This document shows positions 20,025 to 34,228 of a stretch of DNA of 64,000 nucleotides, one piece after another. How positions within the stretch are numbered: position 1 is the stretch's first letter; the number at the start of each line of letters is the position of its first letter. Under the pieces are notes generated by a model. That model did no database searches, was not told where the DNA came from, and was given only the letters and a program-made list of their open reading frames with translations. This DNA is from the human T2T-CHM13v2.0 reference genome, Homo sapiens. The position numbers were made by a program, and so were the translations under genes. The stretch is taken from NCBI RefSeq assembly GCF_009914755.1, contig NC_060930.1; one strand, written 5' to 3'.

Positions 20025-21339
20025 CAGACCATTGCAATGACTATGTGATTTTCCTGACATATGAATATAATGAATATGTTAATAGATAATAGAGTCCCTG
20101 ATACTAAAACATCATTGTTTTCATACATATAAAAATGTATAAATGTACTTATATATATCATATTAGTCTGTTCATATGCTGCTTCATTCTTTTTATAAAT
20201 ATTTTGGTTAGGATTTTTGTAAAGATTTAGATGAAAATGGACCACAGTTCTTGGATATGGTGGATGGTTGGGTATACGTATGCATAGGTTCAAGTGTGCT
20301 AGCATTCTTAACATTTGGTATCAAAAGCATGTCAGACTAATATCCACTGTAACAATTTGGTAGTAAATTTTTGGGGTATTAGATATAAATATCTAAGTAT
20401 GAATAATTTTAATAAACTAGTAGTAATCTATGTGCCATTTTTAAAAATTTTAATTATACTTCAGTTAAAACAATTTATATTTCAAAATTATGTATCCAAC
20501 TCTTGAAATTGTTCACTATTGCCACAAGTGGATATATATTAAACTAATAATACCACAGTGGACACTATATCTCATACCCTAAACCATAATGATATATATC
20601 TAATCAATAACCCATGTTATTTCTTTAAATAAATAAAAATTTCTGGCAAACAACTCTGTATCAGCCCACTCTCTGTCTCTTTGTTTTTGTCTTTACAACT
20701 CCTCTTGCAACTGCTGCTAATCAAAGTGTAGATTCCAGGCAACTTGAGTCTTTGCTCCCAGGTTATAATCCTTAAACTTGACGCAAATAAACTGTCTACT
20801 TATAAAAAAAAATTTGTTATCGATGTTATACTCACTTCATGAAAATAATTTGGAAACTTTCTTTTCCCTCTATCCTCTGAAACTGTATAAGTAATAATGG
20901 AGTTATCAGCTCCTTAGAAATAGAATCCCATGAAAAAAACATCTAGGCTTGTTGCTTTTTTGATGAGGGGACAGTAGAAAGTCTTGACAGCTTTTCAATT
21001 TTTCTAAGGACTGTTAGGGGATTTTTTTTGTCTCTTCTAGTTTAAGTTTTGCTATATCATATTTTTCTCCAAAATGATCTGTGTTTACTCTTTAAGGAGA
21101 AATTTCTTCACAGTAATTTAGTAATTAAAGTAATCTCTTTAAATTTTTCTGATTCCCTAATTACCTGTGATAATTCTCCCTTTCTACTTTCTAACTTGTA
21201 TCATATTTTAACATTTAAGAACAGTAATCGTGCTCAGTTTTCATTTATTGTTCTAAGTAATAGCAGTTTGGTAAAATATTTCATGTAGGTCTTCTTTACA
21301 AGATTTTGCCTAACTACTAAAGAACCTAATGAAAACAGC

Positions 21340-21560
21340 TCTAAGTTACTGAATACCTTTTGTGTGCCAAGCTCTCCAAAGCAGATTTTATATGTATTTT
21401 CCCTTTTAATCCTCACAATAGGAACTGCTGGTGTCCCTACTTTCCAGATGGAGAAGTTGAAGCCCGGAGAACTCAAGTAAGTTTTCCAGTGAGGAAGTAG
21501 CAAAACAAATAGGTTTCAAACATTGGCAGTCTGACTCCAGGAAAGTCTATACTCTTTATA
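21340..21560. mobile_element. MIR
   Basis: TTTAATCCTCACAA...TTTCCAGATGGAGAAGTTGAAGCCC...GCAGTCTGACTCCAG core. Confidence 0.7.
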
Positions 21561-21803
21561 CTGTACTTCCTATCTATCATGTTGGTCTTATAAGTGAATT
21601 TTAGTACTAATATTATCGCTCAGAAAATTATCTACAAAAACAAGTTTCATCTTCATAGCAGGTAATAGTAACTTTTCATAATATTAAACCATGAGAAAAT
21701 GCATTGAAGTCACTACTCATTTCTACATATTTAAAACACTAAATAAATAAGTATATGTGCCACACTCAGTCTATCTCTCACCAAAAACCATTGCTATAGT
21801 TTT

Positions 21804-22145
21804 TGCTATAGTTTTAACGTTTGTGTCTCCCCAAAATTCTTAGTTGAAACCTAATCTCCAATGCAGTAGTATTAAGAGGGGGCTTTTAGGAGGTGGTTAG
21901 GTTATGAGGGCTCTGCCTTAATGGATGGGATTTGTGCCTTAATAAAAGTAGCCTGAGGGAGCCTCCTTGCCCCTTCTGCCTCATGAGGACACAGAAGGTG
22001 CCATCTATGAGGAAAAGACACCAAATCTGCTGATGCTTTGATCTGGGACTTTCCAACCTCCAGAACTGTCAGCGATAAATTTCTATTGGTTCTAAATTAC
22101 TCAGGCTAGGGCATTTTGTTATAGTAGCCTGGATGGACTAAGACA
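21804..22145 (+). mobile_element. MLT1A-type MaLR solo LTR
   Basis: TGCTATAG...GACTAAGACA termini with 5-bp TSD GTTTT at 21799-21803 and 22146-22150. Confidence 0.85.
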
Positions 22146-22683
22146 GTTTTCAACTTAAATGCAATGGAAAGGAAAGAGTTTAAAACAGAAGACTGGCCTA
22201 ATTAGAATTGTGTTTCCAAAGATTATTTTGGCTGCATCACAGAGAATAAATAGAGGTGAGCAAGAAAGGATATGGAGAGACTTCTTTGTACTAATTCAGT
22301 TGCAGTTATCAGGGTGAAGGATAATGGTAGCTTCAACATTAGTGCTAGCTAGAAAGATGAAAGAAATGGATGTATTCCAATGATTTTTCAAAGGTAGAGT
22401 TAAGAGAAATTGGTGATGGATTATCTAATATGGAAAATGAGACAGGAAGAAGTATCAAGAATCCATCCTGGGTTTCTGTCTCCTATAGTCTGTGTTGCTT
22501 GAGAAGAATGAAGCTTGCTTGCTCTATGTCCATGGCCTGTACCCCTGGGAACAGGAGTATCTCAATTTTTAAATTCAAGAAAATAGAGACATAATTAATA
22601 AGTTAATATACATATTTACGCAATTAGTAGATATCTACACATATTACAAAGATACTAAACCAAGTCCCTAAAATAGTTTGAGC

Positions 22684-23860
22684 ATCCCAGCACTTTGGGA
22701 TGCTGAGGCAGGAGGGTCACTTGAGGACTGAAATTCAAGACCAACCTGCACAGCACAGCAAGACACCGTCTCTACAAAAAATTTAAAAACATCTGATAAA
22801 GGGCTAATATCCAGAATCTACAATGAACTCAAACAAATTTACAAGAAAAAAACAAACAACCCCATCAAAAAGTGGGCGAAGGACATGAACAGACACTTCT
22901 CAAAAGAAGACATTTATGCAGCCAAAAAACACATGAAAAAATGCTCATCATCACTGGCCATCAAAGAAATGCAAATCAAAACCACAGTGATATATCATCT
23001 CACACCAGTTAGAATGGCAATCATTAAAAAGTCAGGAAACAACAGGTGCTGAAGAGGATGTAGAGAAATAGGAACACTTTTACACTGTTGGTGGGACTAT
23101 AAACTAGTTCAACCATTGTGGAAGTCAGTGTGGCGATTCCTCAGGGATCTAGAACTAGAAACACCATTTGACCCAGCCATCCCATTACTGGGTATATACC
23201 CAAAGGACTATAAATCATGCTGCTATAAAGACACATGCACACGTATGTTTATTGTGGCACTATTCACAATAGGAAAGACTTGGAACCAGCCCAAATGTCC
23301 AACAATGATAGACTGGATTAAGGAAATGTGGCACATATACACCATGGAATACTATGCAGCCATAAAAAATGATGAGTTCATGTCCTTTGTAGGGACATGG
23401 ATGAAATTGGAAATCATCATTCTCAGTAAACTATCGCAAGAACAAAAAACCAAACACTGCATATTCTCACTCATATGTGGGAATTGAACAATGAGAACAT
23501 ATGGACACAAGAAGGGGAACATCACACTCTGGGGACTGTTGTGGGGTCGGGGGAGGGGGGAGGGATAGCATTGGGAGATATACCTAATGCTAGATGACGA
23601 GTTAGTGGGTGCAGTGCACCAGCATGGCACATGTATACATATGTAACTAACCTGCACATTGTGCACATGTACCCTAAAACTTAAAGTATAATAATAAAAA
23701 AAATAAAAATAAAAATTAGCTAGATGTGGTAGCATGTGCCTATAGTACTAGCTACTCACGAGGCTGAAGCTGGAGAACCACTTTAGCCCAGGAGTTTAAG
23801 GCTGCGGTATGCACTCCAGCCTAGGTGAGAGAGTGAAACCCTGCCTCTAAAATATAAATA
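22684..23860 (+). mobile_element. AluJ split into left arm (about 22684-22789) and right arm (about 23713-23860)
   Basis: The left arm ends at TCTACAAAAAATTTAAAAA and the right arm restarts at TTAGCTAGATGTGGTAGCATG after the L1. Confidence 0.85.
22790..23712 (+). mobile_element. 5'-truncated young L1PA (L1PA2/3-like), about 920 bp
   Basis: Little-diverged ORF2 C-terminus (23116-23487) and 3'UTR with G-rich tract; GATGACGAGTTAG diagnostic (not the L1HS ACA); A tail. Confidence 0.93.
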
Positions 23861-26800
23861 AATATTTAAATTTTTGTTGATAAATAAGTAAAATAAAATA
23901 AAAATGAATTAGTTTGAACAATTCTACAAAGATCCAAGAATCCATCTCTGAGAGAACACCAGTCCATCTAACAAATAAAGGCATTTGGAAGTTTCTCTAC
24001 TAAGAAATATTTCTACCACAAGCAGATAATTAGGAAGTGGTGTGAGGCAATGGAGAAATATCACTCAGAAAGACTTGGATTTCATCAGCTTCTCCCTGCT
24101 TTGAAAGACTGAACTTGAGTAAATAATCATTCTAAGTTCTGGTTTTATGTGTGTAAAGGGAGATATTTTCTACCTAGAAACATTATTATGAGATTGAATA
24201 TGATGATGCATGTAAAGCCCTCAACCCATCTGGCACACAGTAGATCTTTTCCTTCAAATTAGAGGGTTTTTTGAATTGCTAAATTTGCTTTTAATAAGCA
24301 AGTAATTAGTGAATGTAAAACAGCTAGTCCTGCGCACCTTGGCACAAATTATTTTACCGTCTTTTAAATGAAAATAGTACTTTTGGAGTCTAATATTGAT
24401 TAAATGAACTTGTACTCTTGTAAATACTTAACACTCGATGCAGAAAGAATTGTTACAAAGGATCATATAAAATTTATATTTGTATGAAATTACCAAATGT
24501 GTTGAAGAAATGTAAAATATAATCTTATTGCAGTGAAATATGGCCATTAAAGAGGCATGGGATCCAGATTTTTCAAATATATTTCTTTGCTTTGAACTTC
24601 TTTAAATGTCATATGGTAGAATGGTGTTTTTATATCTGTCCACATGTATAACACAGCTCAGTAGTTTTATCAAAATTATGACAACAATATGGATCTAATT
24701 CTTTTACAGCAAAAATTCAAGTATTTTAAAATCTCAAATATTTTGATTGCCTTGAAATTCACATTTTAGACATTGTTTATTAAAATACATCAATTCTATG
24801 GGTTTTATAATCATTTTGTTATACAGAGATTTCCATGGTAACTTTGTTTGCTCAAGCACATAGAATTGGGATTGATAGCTGACAATCCATTAAAAGTTCA
24901 CATTATACAGCGAATGATGATTTTTCTAGAAAGTTTAGATTAAGGTATACATCTAAATACGTGAAATAATATATTTTACTTTAAAAATGGCAGAAAAAGA
25001 CCTCTAACCTGGAACATACAGGAAACACAAAATAGAGCATGTAATAATGAGTTAACACTTATCGAGTACTTAAGATGTGCTAATTTGTGTGTGTGTGTGT
25101 GTATTTGTACAATCTCACATCATCCTCAAAACAAGCGTATGAAGCTACATAGGTTAATTATGCCCAAGTTCATGCAGCCAGAAAGGAGCAGAATGATCCG
25201 TTCATCTGGCACCAAACCTAGCTGTACTATTCTGCCTCTCATAGATACTCATTTCTCTGCAGCAGCTAGTTTACTGAAAGAAGAGGAAAGTCACTATAAA
25301 CTAGGGAGCCCTTTTCGCTTCAGACCTGGCTATTTTGCAGCCAAAAAACTCAATTGTTTTATTTAAGGCACAAATCTAAATTGATAAAACAGACTAAGAC
25401 AGGAAAATGTGACAGTTCAAAGCATGTGTTAAATGAAAGGAGAAAATAAATGCCCATTCAACATTTCATCTGTTGATTTGCAGCTTGAAAGTACAACCTG
25501 CTGACCTAAACAAGATGCTGTGCCTTGTATTTCAACCCAAAGAATAAGATGGAGATGGAGACGAATGAGAGGCATGCAAATCATAAAAGTCCACAGAATC
25601 TTGTACATTACTTGATACATGGAATGTACTAATAAATATTTGCTAAATGAAAAAGGAGCTTGAGGGGCAGGCAAGAGGCATGAGTTGTTATAGGTATTGA
25701 TAGCATTATTTTATATATTTAAGGAGAGTTCTGCTTGGACAGGAATAACTCCTATTGTTTGTACTTTTTATATTGATCAACTTATTGATATTATGGTTTT
25801 ATTAACGCAAACCCTACTTATACAACCAATAAATCAAAACATATAATTTAACAAAAAATTCCCTAACATTCAGTAATAATTTCAAATTAATTCAATCAAA
25901 ATTCTCTCAAATATTTCATTGAAATCCCAATTATTTCTTCTTATCAAATAGCCAAGGCTTCCTTCTCATCAATGATCAATGTTGACATGGAGGAGTTAGT
26001 TTGAAAGAGAAAGTAAAGAGCTTAGCTTGGGGCATGCTGCCTGTGAGACAAATGCATAAGGAAATGACCAGAAGGCATTTGAAGATTCATTTCTGAACTG
26101 CAGGATTTAAATCCAGAGGAAAAACCTAATCGGACACCATACATGTACAACTACTAATTAAAGACTTGGAAATGACCATGACCATTTAATGTAAAGAAAG
26201 AAAATGAAGAAAAAAAAAAACAGCAAGAGAAACTGAGAACACATTTAGGTAGTTTGTGTAAGAGGACCCAGTGAAAATAAAACAAGTGATCAAAGATAAT
26301 GTGAAAACAATATAAGGTGTGTAGCGTCACAGGATCCAAGCAAAAGGAGTATTTTAAAAAAAATAGAGAAAGTGATATAGCATTATTTGAAATAACGTTT
26401 TAAAAGTTAACCTAAATGCCTATCAATCAGGAAATGATTAAATTATGATGTAATACCACAGTATATTACACAACCATTGGGAAAGGTAGATCTATGCTTG
26501 CTACGATGGAAAGATTCCCAAGCCCTATTATTAAATCACAGAATAATATATACGTGGTTAAGTTTCCAAATATGTAAGAAGAAAATTTAAAACATTATAA
26601 AATATATGTAAAATATATACTCACACACGTCTATATCTCTATATTGATAGATGATAGATATTCACAGACCAAAAGTATTTGGTGGACTTTAAGGTTGACC
26701 ACCACATGGAGAAAAGAGGAGGCGTAGAACAGCAGTGTGAAGTGGAACTTTCTCATTTTGATTCTGCTTTATTTGAAGCTTTACCATAAAAAATATACTT

Positions 26801-27273
26801 ACGCACTCTTTGTGTAAACTGGTGGTAAACACTATAAAATGTTTATAATAAATCAATAATAAGTCAGCTACCAATGCTGTACAAAAAAACCAAAGAGGAT
26901 GAAAACCAAGAAAAAGGCCATTGGTATTTTTCATTAGAAATGTGACAGTGGCCTTACAAGAGCAAGTTCAGAATACTGGAAAGGAAAGAGTTCTGATCAC
27001 AAGAGTGAGTATAGGTGAAAGTGGGGGTCAAAGATATGACATACTCAAAATATTCATCTGTGCCTGGGGGAAAGACTATAGAGAACAAGTAACCCACAGA
27101 TTTGTTCAGGTTTAAGTCTGTGCTGTCCAGTGGGCCTTTCACACCTGCAAACCTTTTGCTGGAGCTGCAAGAGAAGAGCATTCCCTCTTCTTCCCACCAA
27201 GGCTATGCCTGGGAAGAGGTCTGGACCATCAGGCAATGACTCTAATGCCATTTGGAGCCTGACACAGAAGTCA

Positions 27274-27884
<611 letters not shown>

Positions 27885-29329
27885 TGATTTCTAATAATTT
27901 AAGCTCTATAGTTGGCAACTATATCCTTGGACCTTTGACATATACGGGCCAATAAATTCCCCACTTCTTTCTTAAATCAAAGTGGGTTTTCTGTCACTTG
28001 ATGCAGAACCCATCCAAAAGGCCTATTTTTATTTGTAACTCTAAGAACACCTTTCAATAGATAGTGAGTTTCACAGATAATCCAAAATATTTGGTATGGC
28101 TATTAATTTCAGTGTCTGTCCCATAACTCTCACCAGTACAGCTTGCTAACCAACACTGAAATAACATTGAGCGTTTTGAATTTCACCTCCTCTCCTTCCC
28201 TTTCCCTCCTCTCTAATGGAGGTGCTTTACGAGTAGTGAAAAATCCCAGAAGGTGAATGGGAAAAATAACTTAAAGTCAGTCCCAAAGGCTAAAGTGGTA
28301 AACCCCAAATATATTCAGTCAAGTTGGTAAAAAAAATTGTTTGGTCTCACTGAAGTTATCACTTTCAACAGGTTACTATTTCTGGCATATGCCTGGAGAG
28401 TGGATTGTAGATTTTCTTTTGAATATTAACAATGGAAATATTCAGTACTATGAAAGAATGACTATCATCACCATAAATATAAATAGGTTTTCTACATTAT
28501 TCCAGAAGGTATAAATTAATGACTTTATAAAACTTATGAGGTTATATTGAGTTTCATGGTTTTATATCATACAAGTACGTAATTACATAATATTTGATCC
28601 ACACAAACACCTTAGCCACCATTCATTTAAAACACCCAGAACCACCATTCAACACAAAAACTACATTGCCAACACCTATAAATCTATTGTTGTGCTCCTC
28701 CAATCACATACCCCTAAAATCCCTAGATAAAATCACATTCTGAATTTTGTTTTCAACAATCCCTTATGTTTCTAGATAGTTTTATCACATACAATATATA
28801 ATATACAATCATATTGTGTGTAGTCTGTGGCTTGATTTTTCATTCAATATTCCTATGATTAAGCACGTTTCTATGATTCATCCATGATGTTGAATATAGC
28901 TGTAGTTTGTCTCAATATCCCTGGTGCATAATATTAAGCTTTTGCTTTCTATCTTGTATTGTTGTTCAATTTTTTTCCTCCTTCTTCATACCTAATGTAA
29001 TCCGAGAATAGAAGCAGAAATAATATATCCAAGCCAGTGTCTGCATGAAAAGATCATGGTAGTAACTTAGTTTCTGTCTGAGGAATTACTGATAGAAAGA
29101 AAAATTTGGTCTATCTATTACAACCTTCCCACAACAAATTACAGTGTTGTAGAAACTGGAAGAACTAGTCATCACACTCCACTATGGTTTTCAGAAGTGA
29201 AAAGGACAGTACTTATTTTGTTTCTCTTTAAAACACTTAATATATAGTTCTTAATACTAAAGTCAAAAACGCTGTCCTTTAGATGGGTCTGTGTTTCCAT
29301 AATATGCCAAATATCTGGTTAAAAATTGA

Positions 29330-29710
29330 AATGCAAGAATACCAAGCAACAATTAAAAGGAACAAAATACAAATATATGCCATCGTATAGATGAACCCCA
29401 AAAACATGTTAAGTGAAAGAAGGAAGATACAAAGGATTACATATTCTGATTCATGTATTTTATAATTTCTATAGTATGTCTAGAAAAGGCAAATGTTTAG
29501 ACACAGAAAACAGATCAATGATTGCCTAGGGCTAGGTAAGTGAGGATTAACTGCAAATGGGCAGGAGAGAACTTTTGGATTAATGGAAATGGTCTAAAAT
29601 TGGATTGTAGTGATGGTTTCACAACTCTATAAACTTACGAAGATCACTGAATTGTAAGAGGTAATTTTATGGTATGTAAGTTATACTTCCATAAAGCTGC
29701 TAAAAAGTGA
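29330..29710 (+). mobile_element. L1M 3' fragment
   Basis: ATGTTAAGTGAAAGAAG...AGACACAGAAAACAGATCAATGATTGCCTAGGG...TAAAGCTG L1MB/MC-like 3'UTR. Confidence 0.7.
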
Positions 29711-31854
29711 AATTCTGTCATAATATCTCTAAAATACTTTATTTTATCTTTTCAGTCAATTAATGCTATCTATACATTGTTTGCCATTTTGAAGAAAGAG
29801 CTCCAGTGTGCTAAATTTTAATATTTACATACTCTGTTTATGTGCCATATTGAAGTGAAACTAGAATTTAAAAAACACAGCAATTTGAGAAGACCTGCTG
29901 ATGAAGATGGTATCTGAGTAAGAATGAATTGAACCACTTGCTAAGGGGCCTAGAATATGGCATTGGAAAGATAACCACTATTCCACATAGGAGCGGAGAA
30001 ATCCTACAACGGCAGCAGATTTCCCAAGGGATCTTATGTCACGATGAGGAAGGATTACAGGAAACTTCTACTAACACTTTATTTTCCTTCCTGGAGCTTA
30101 CGGAGAGGTTTCAGTAACTTGGTAGACAGGTCAATAGCTACTTACACTATAGAGTTACCCACAGCGCTCATGATAACTTATGCCTTGTCTACCTTTTTAA
30201 AAATCCTTTTCCCTTTTGTCAGAGGCATTTAAGTTTTTTGTTTCCACAAGTTTACGTTCTCAGTCGAGTTTGGTTGTGGAGTGGTAGCTGTTAACTGAAG
30301 TTAACATTGTGCATGTCATCAAAGGAAATCAACTATAGAAACTAGAAATAAAAAGATAATTTGGACAAAGTGATCCCACTCTTTTGGATGTAATTGTAAA
30401 TGAAACAGAGCATGTTTACCTCAATCCGGCCCAGACCAAAAACTAAAATATGAGAAAAGAAAACTAAAATATTTTAGAATATTTAAGAACTTACAATTAT
30501 TGTGAAGCAGAGGAAGGAAGGCAATTATTTACATAATTTAAGCTCTTTCCCAAAATTCCACTTTGTTATCTTTATATTTTTGAAGAAAAAAAATGGGCAT
30601 GGATTATCCTAATGATGAAAATTCCTCTGATGGTTTTGCATATTTAGAAACAATGTAAGTGAAGCATGTTAATGTAGTTTATTTAACATTTCAGAAACAA
30701 GCAGTCAAAAAAGACATCATCCCTCTCAACATTCTCCCTGTCGAAATATTTGTGGGATGATAAAGTATGCTGCCATCTTACAAATAGCCATCAGCCTAGA
30801 GTATACTACATTTTTCTTTCATGTCACAAAAACAATATTTTTTGAAAAATAGATATCAGTCACTTGATATAAAAATTCATGAGTACTCTAGGATGTGATA
30901 AAGAATGTTTTATTCCTATTTGTCATTTTGTATAGGTGAAGGACAAAAAAATAGCTGCAGACGCTTTGAGATAAAATTACTCTTTAACTCGTTTCACATG
31001 GTATGTGTCAGTAACACTTTCAGTGTGAAAGATGGAAGCCCCTTACAACCTGAGTTGTTTTTATATGTCAATGTTTAATTTTTGTAAAAAAAAAAAAAAA
31101 AAAAAAGAACACGTCTTACCAAGCATATTATATTCATGTTGTCTTTTAAGGATTTTTTAAAAATATATAACACAAATTGGAAGAGCCCAAGGGAAAAAGA
31201 AAAGACATCTGTCTGATCAAGAGTCTTTTCCACAGTGAGAAAAGTTATTAAAAAATAAGGTGGAAAAATGGAAATGCTGCCTAACGTATATGGTTTATGT
31301 AAAGTTTCTAAGGCTAATTCTTTATTGCTTGGGAAGTCCATGAAGCTTTTGATCTAATGGATAAAAGTCCACAAGGCATGAGAAGATAAACTACAGTTAT
31401 TCTAAGATTATTCATCATTAAGATACTGACTGAACACCTTGTAAAAGATAATTAAAGGGAGAGAAAAGGATGCAAAATAATTGGAATCAAGTGGAGTCAC
31501 TTGGTAGAAATAGAAAAATTGAAGGTGAAACATTTAAGCCTTTCAATGCTTTTCTTGACATAACAATAGACTATAATTTTTAAAATTTCTTCTTAAAGAC
31601 AAAACGATAAATAATACATGCAATAACTGGTTCAGTTCTCAGATGATTTTTTAATACTAGAAATATATATGAATATGAATGCATATATGAAAATTAAAAT
31701 AAAATGCATATGTTTAAGTGACTGAAACGGAGTCTTCATGATTCTATTACCTGCCCCCATTTAATGGGAAATCATATGTAAATATTATTATTAGAGAGGC
31801 ATGACTATTTATTCCTTTTTTCTAAAAGTTTAAAGTTTTTATTCAATAGCATCA

Positions 31855-32115
31855 TTTTTCTTTTTTCGAGACAGTCTTTTGCTCTGCCACCCCGACTGGG
31901 GTGCAGTGGTGTAATCAGAGCTCACTCCAGCCTCAAACTCTTGGGCTCAGGTGATCCTCCTTCCTCACCCTCCTGAGTACCTGAGATTACAAGTGCACAC
32001 CATCACGCCCAGATAATTTTTTTATTTTTCATGCAGACAGGATCTCACTTTGTTGCCCAGACTGGTCTCAAACTTCTGGCCTCAAGTGACCCACCCACCT
32101 CAGCCTCCCAAAGTA
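31855..32115 (-). mobile_element. AluJ, slightly 5'-truncated
   Basis: Reverse Alu; TSD TCAA(T/C)AGCATCATTTT at 31843-31858 and 32116-32131. Confidence 0.9.
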
Positions 32116-32429
32116 TCAACAGCATCATTTTAAACAGCATTTTTGTTTATTTGGTTGGTTTGTTGATTGAGGGCTTCCCTCATCAGCAATAGAAAATTTG
32201 GCTCCATTTTCCATAAAAGATCCAATGCAAGTCTATGTTTTTTCATGATGCAAACATATGACTATCATCTTTTACTCATTTTCAGTTATTATTATTATTA
32301 TTTTGTTATTGCTGAAAGTCTTATTTTCTATAAAATCTTACCCCTAGCCAAAAATGGAAATGGAAAAAAAAATGGAATGTTACTATTAAAAAGGGCCTAA
32401 GAGACGGCAACAACTACCGTTACAGCAAC

Positions 32430-32660
32430 CACCAGTATTTGTAAATGTTTACTACATGTTAAGCACTAAACAAAATCCCTTTATATGCATCATCTCAATT
32501 AGCCCTATGGAAACCATCCCTGCTGTCAGCACATTAAAGAGGACACTGAGACCCAATGAAGTTAAAGGGCTTGTCCAAGTTCATACAACTAGTTAGATGT
32601 ATAAGCAGAACTTGGACCTGGTCCTTTGGTTCACAGTCCAGGAGTATTTTCCTACCACAA
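32430..32660. mobile_element. MIR
   Basis: GAGGACACTGAGACCCAATGAAGTTAAAGGGCTTGTCCAAGTTCATACAACTAG core. Confidence 0.7.
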
Positions 32661-33486
32661 TAATTTAAGAGAAAAATACAAAATGAACAGAAAATCATAA
32701 TTCTATTAAGGACTTTCATGTTTTAAAATTTGATAGGATGTAAGCTTTATACTTTCCATCCAACATTTAGTTTACTCTTCCACTCAAATTCATTTGAGAA
32801 GTGTGACTCCTATCCTTCCTGGGCAAGTTATTTCACTGTAGATGGCTTTGCAATTAGATTGAGAGGAAAAAGAATTTACTTACTCATGTGAGAGCAAGAA
32901 GTGTAGTATCTGCTTAACATTCTAGCTTAAAATAATGCTGACTTTATCTAAAATATGTCACAGTGACCAGTTGAAAAGACCCCAGTACAGTCAATCAACT
33001 AACTGTTTGTTTTGTCTATGGAGTAACCCACCAAAATCATTTGGCAAATGTTATTACTAAATTGATCTAACCCATGTCTATTGCTGTGTGGGAGTGATGT
33101 GGTGTACTCAAATGCACTAGATAAAGAATTCCTAAATTCTTCTACTAATGGTTCTTTAAAATTGATTTACAGCTTCTAACTAAAGAATAGTCCTCCTCTC
33201 TCTTTGCAAATTTTAGGAATGAGAATCAGATGACCTCCCTGCCCCCATCATAGGTCATGAATCTAGATGTACAATTCATCCTAATGATTCCTCAAAAAGG
33301 AAAATCAAGACAGCTAATGCTTTAGGTTTATCGTTGTTACCATTATTGCCAATGGTATAAAATCTACAGTAAATCTTCAAATGAGAGAAGAGTCCTAGGC
33401 ATATCTTCTCTTAATCTTGAATAGGTAGAAAACTGGGAATAATAATAAAGAAAAGACATTTTTTGGTTATAATTTCTAATAGTGAA

Positions 33487-33903
33487 TTTTATGGGCTGAA
33501 TTGTGTATCCCCAAAATTGATGTCGAAGTCCCATCTCCCAGTGTAACTGTATTTGGAGATAGGACTTTCAGGAGATAATTACACTTAAATGAGGTCTTAA
33601 AGGGGGTTCCTAATTCAATAGGGCCAGTGGTGTTATAAGAGGAAGAGATTTCTCTCTTTCTCTCTCTCTCTGTCTTTCTCTGCCTGTCTCTCTGTATGCA
33701 CTCAGAGGAAAGGCCATGAAGGACACAGTGAGAAGGAGGCTGCTAAATGAAGTTAAAGTTAAAGCGAGGAAGAGAGCCCTCACCAGAACCTAATCATGCT
33801 GGCACCCTGATCTTGGGCTTTCAGCATCCAGAACTGTGAGAAAATAAATTTCTGTTGTTTAAGCCACACGGTATTTTGTTATGGCAGGCTAAGCTGACTA
33901 AAA
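33487..33903 (+). mobile_element. MLT1 (MLT1A/B-like) LTR
   Basis: TATGGGCTGAATTGTGT...CCAGAACTGTGAGAAAATAAATTTCTGTTGTTTAAGCCAC...GCTGACTAA. Confidence 0.85.
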
Positions 33904-33937
33904 GAGCACACTACTATCAAACCTTGAAAATATGTCA

Positions 33938-34228
<291 letters not shown>

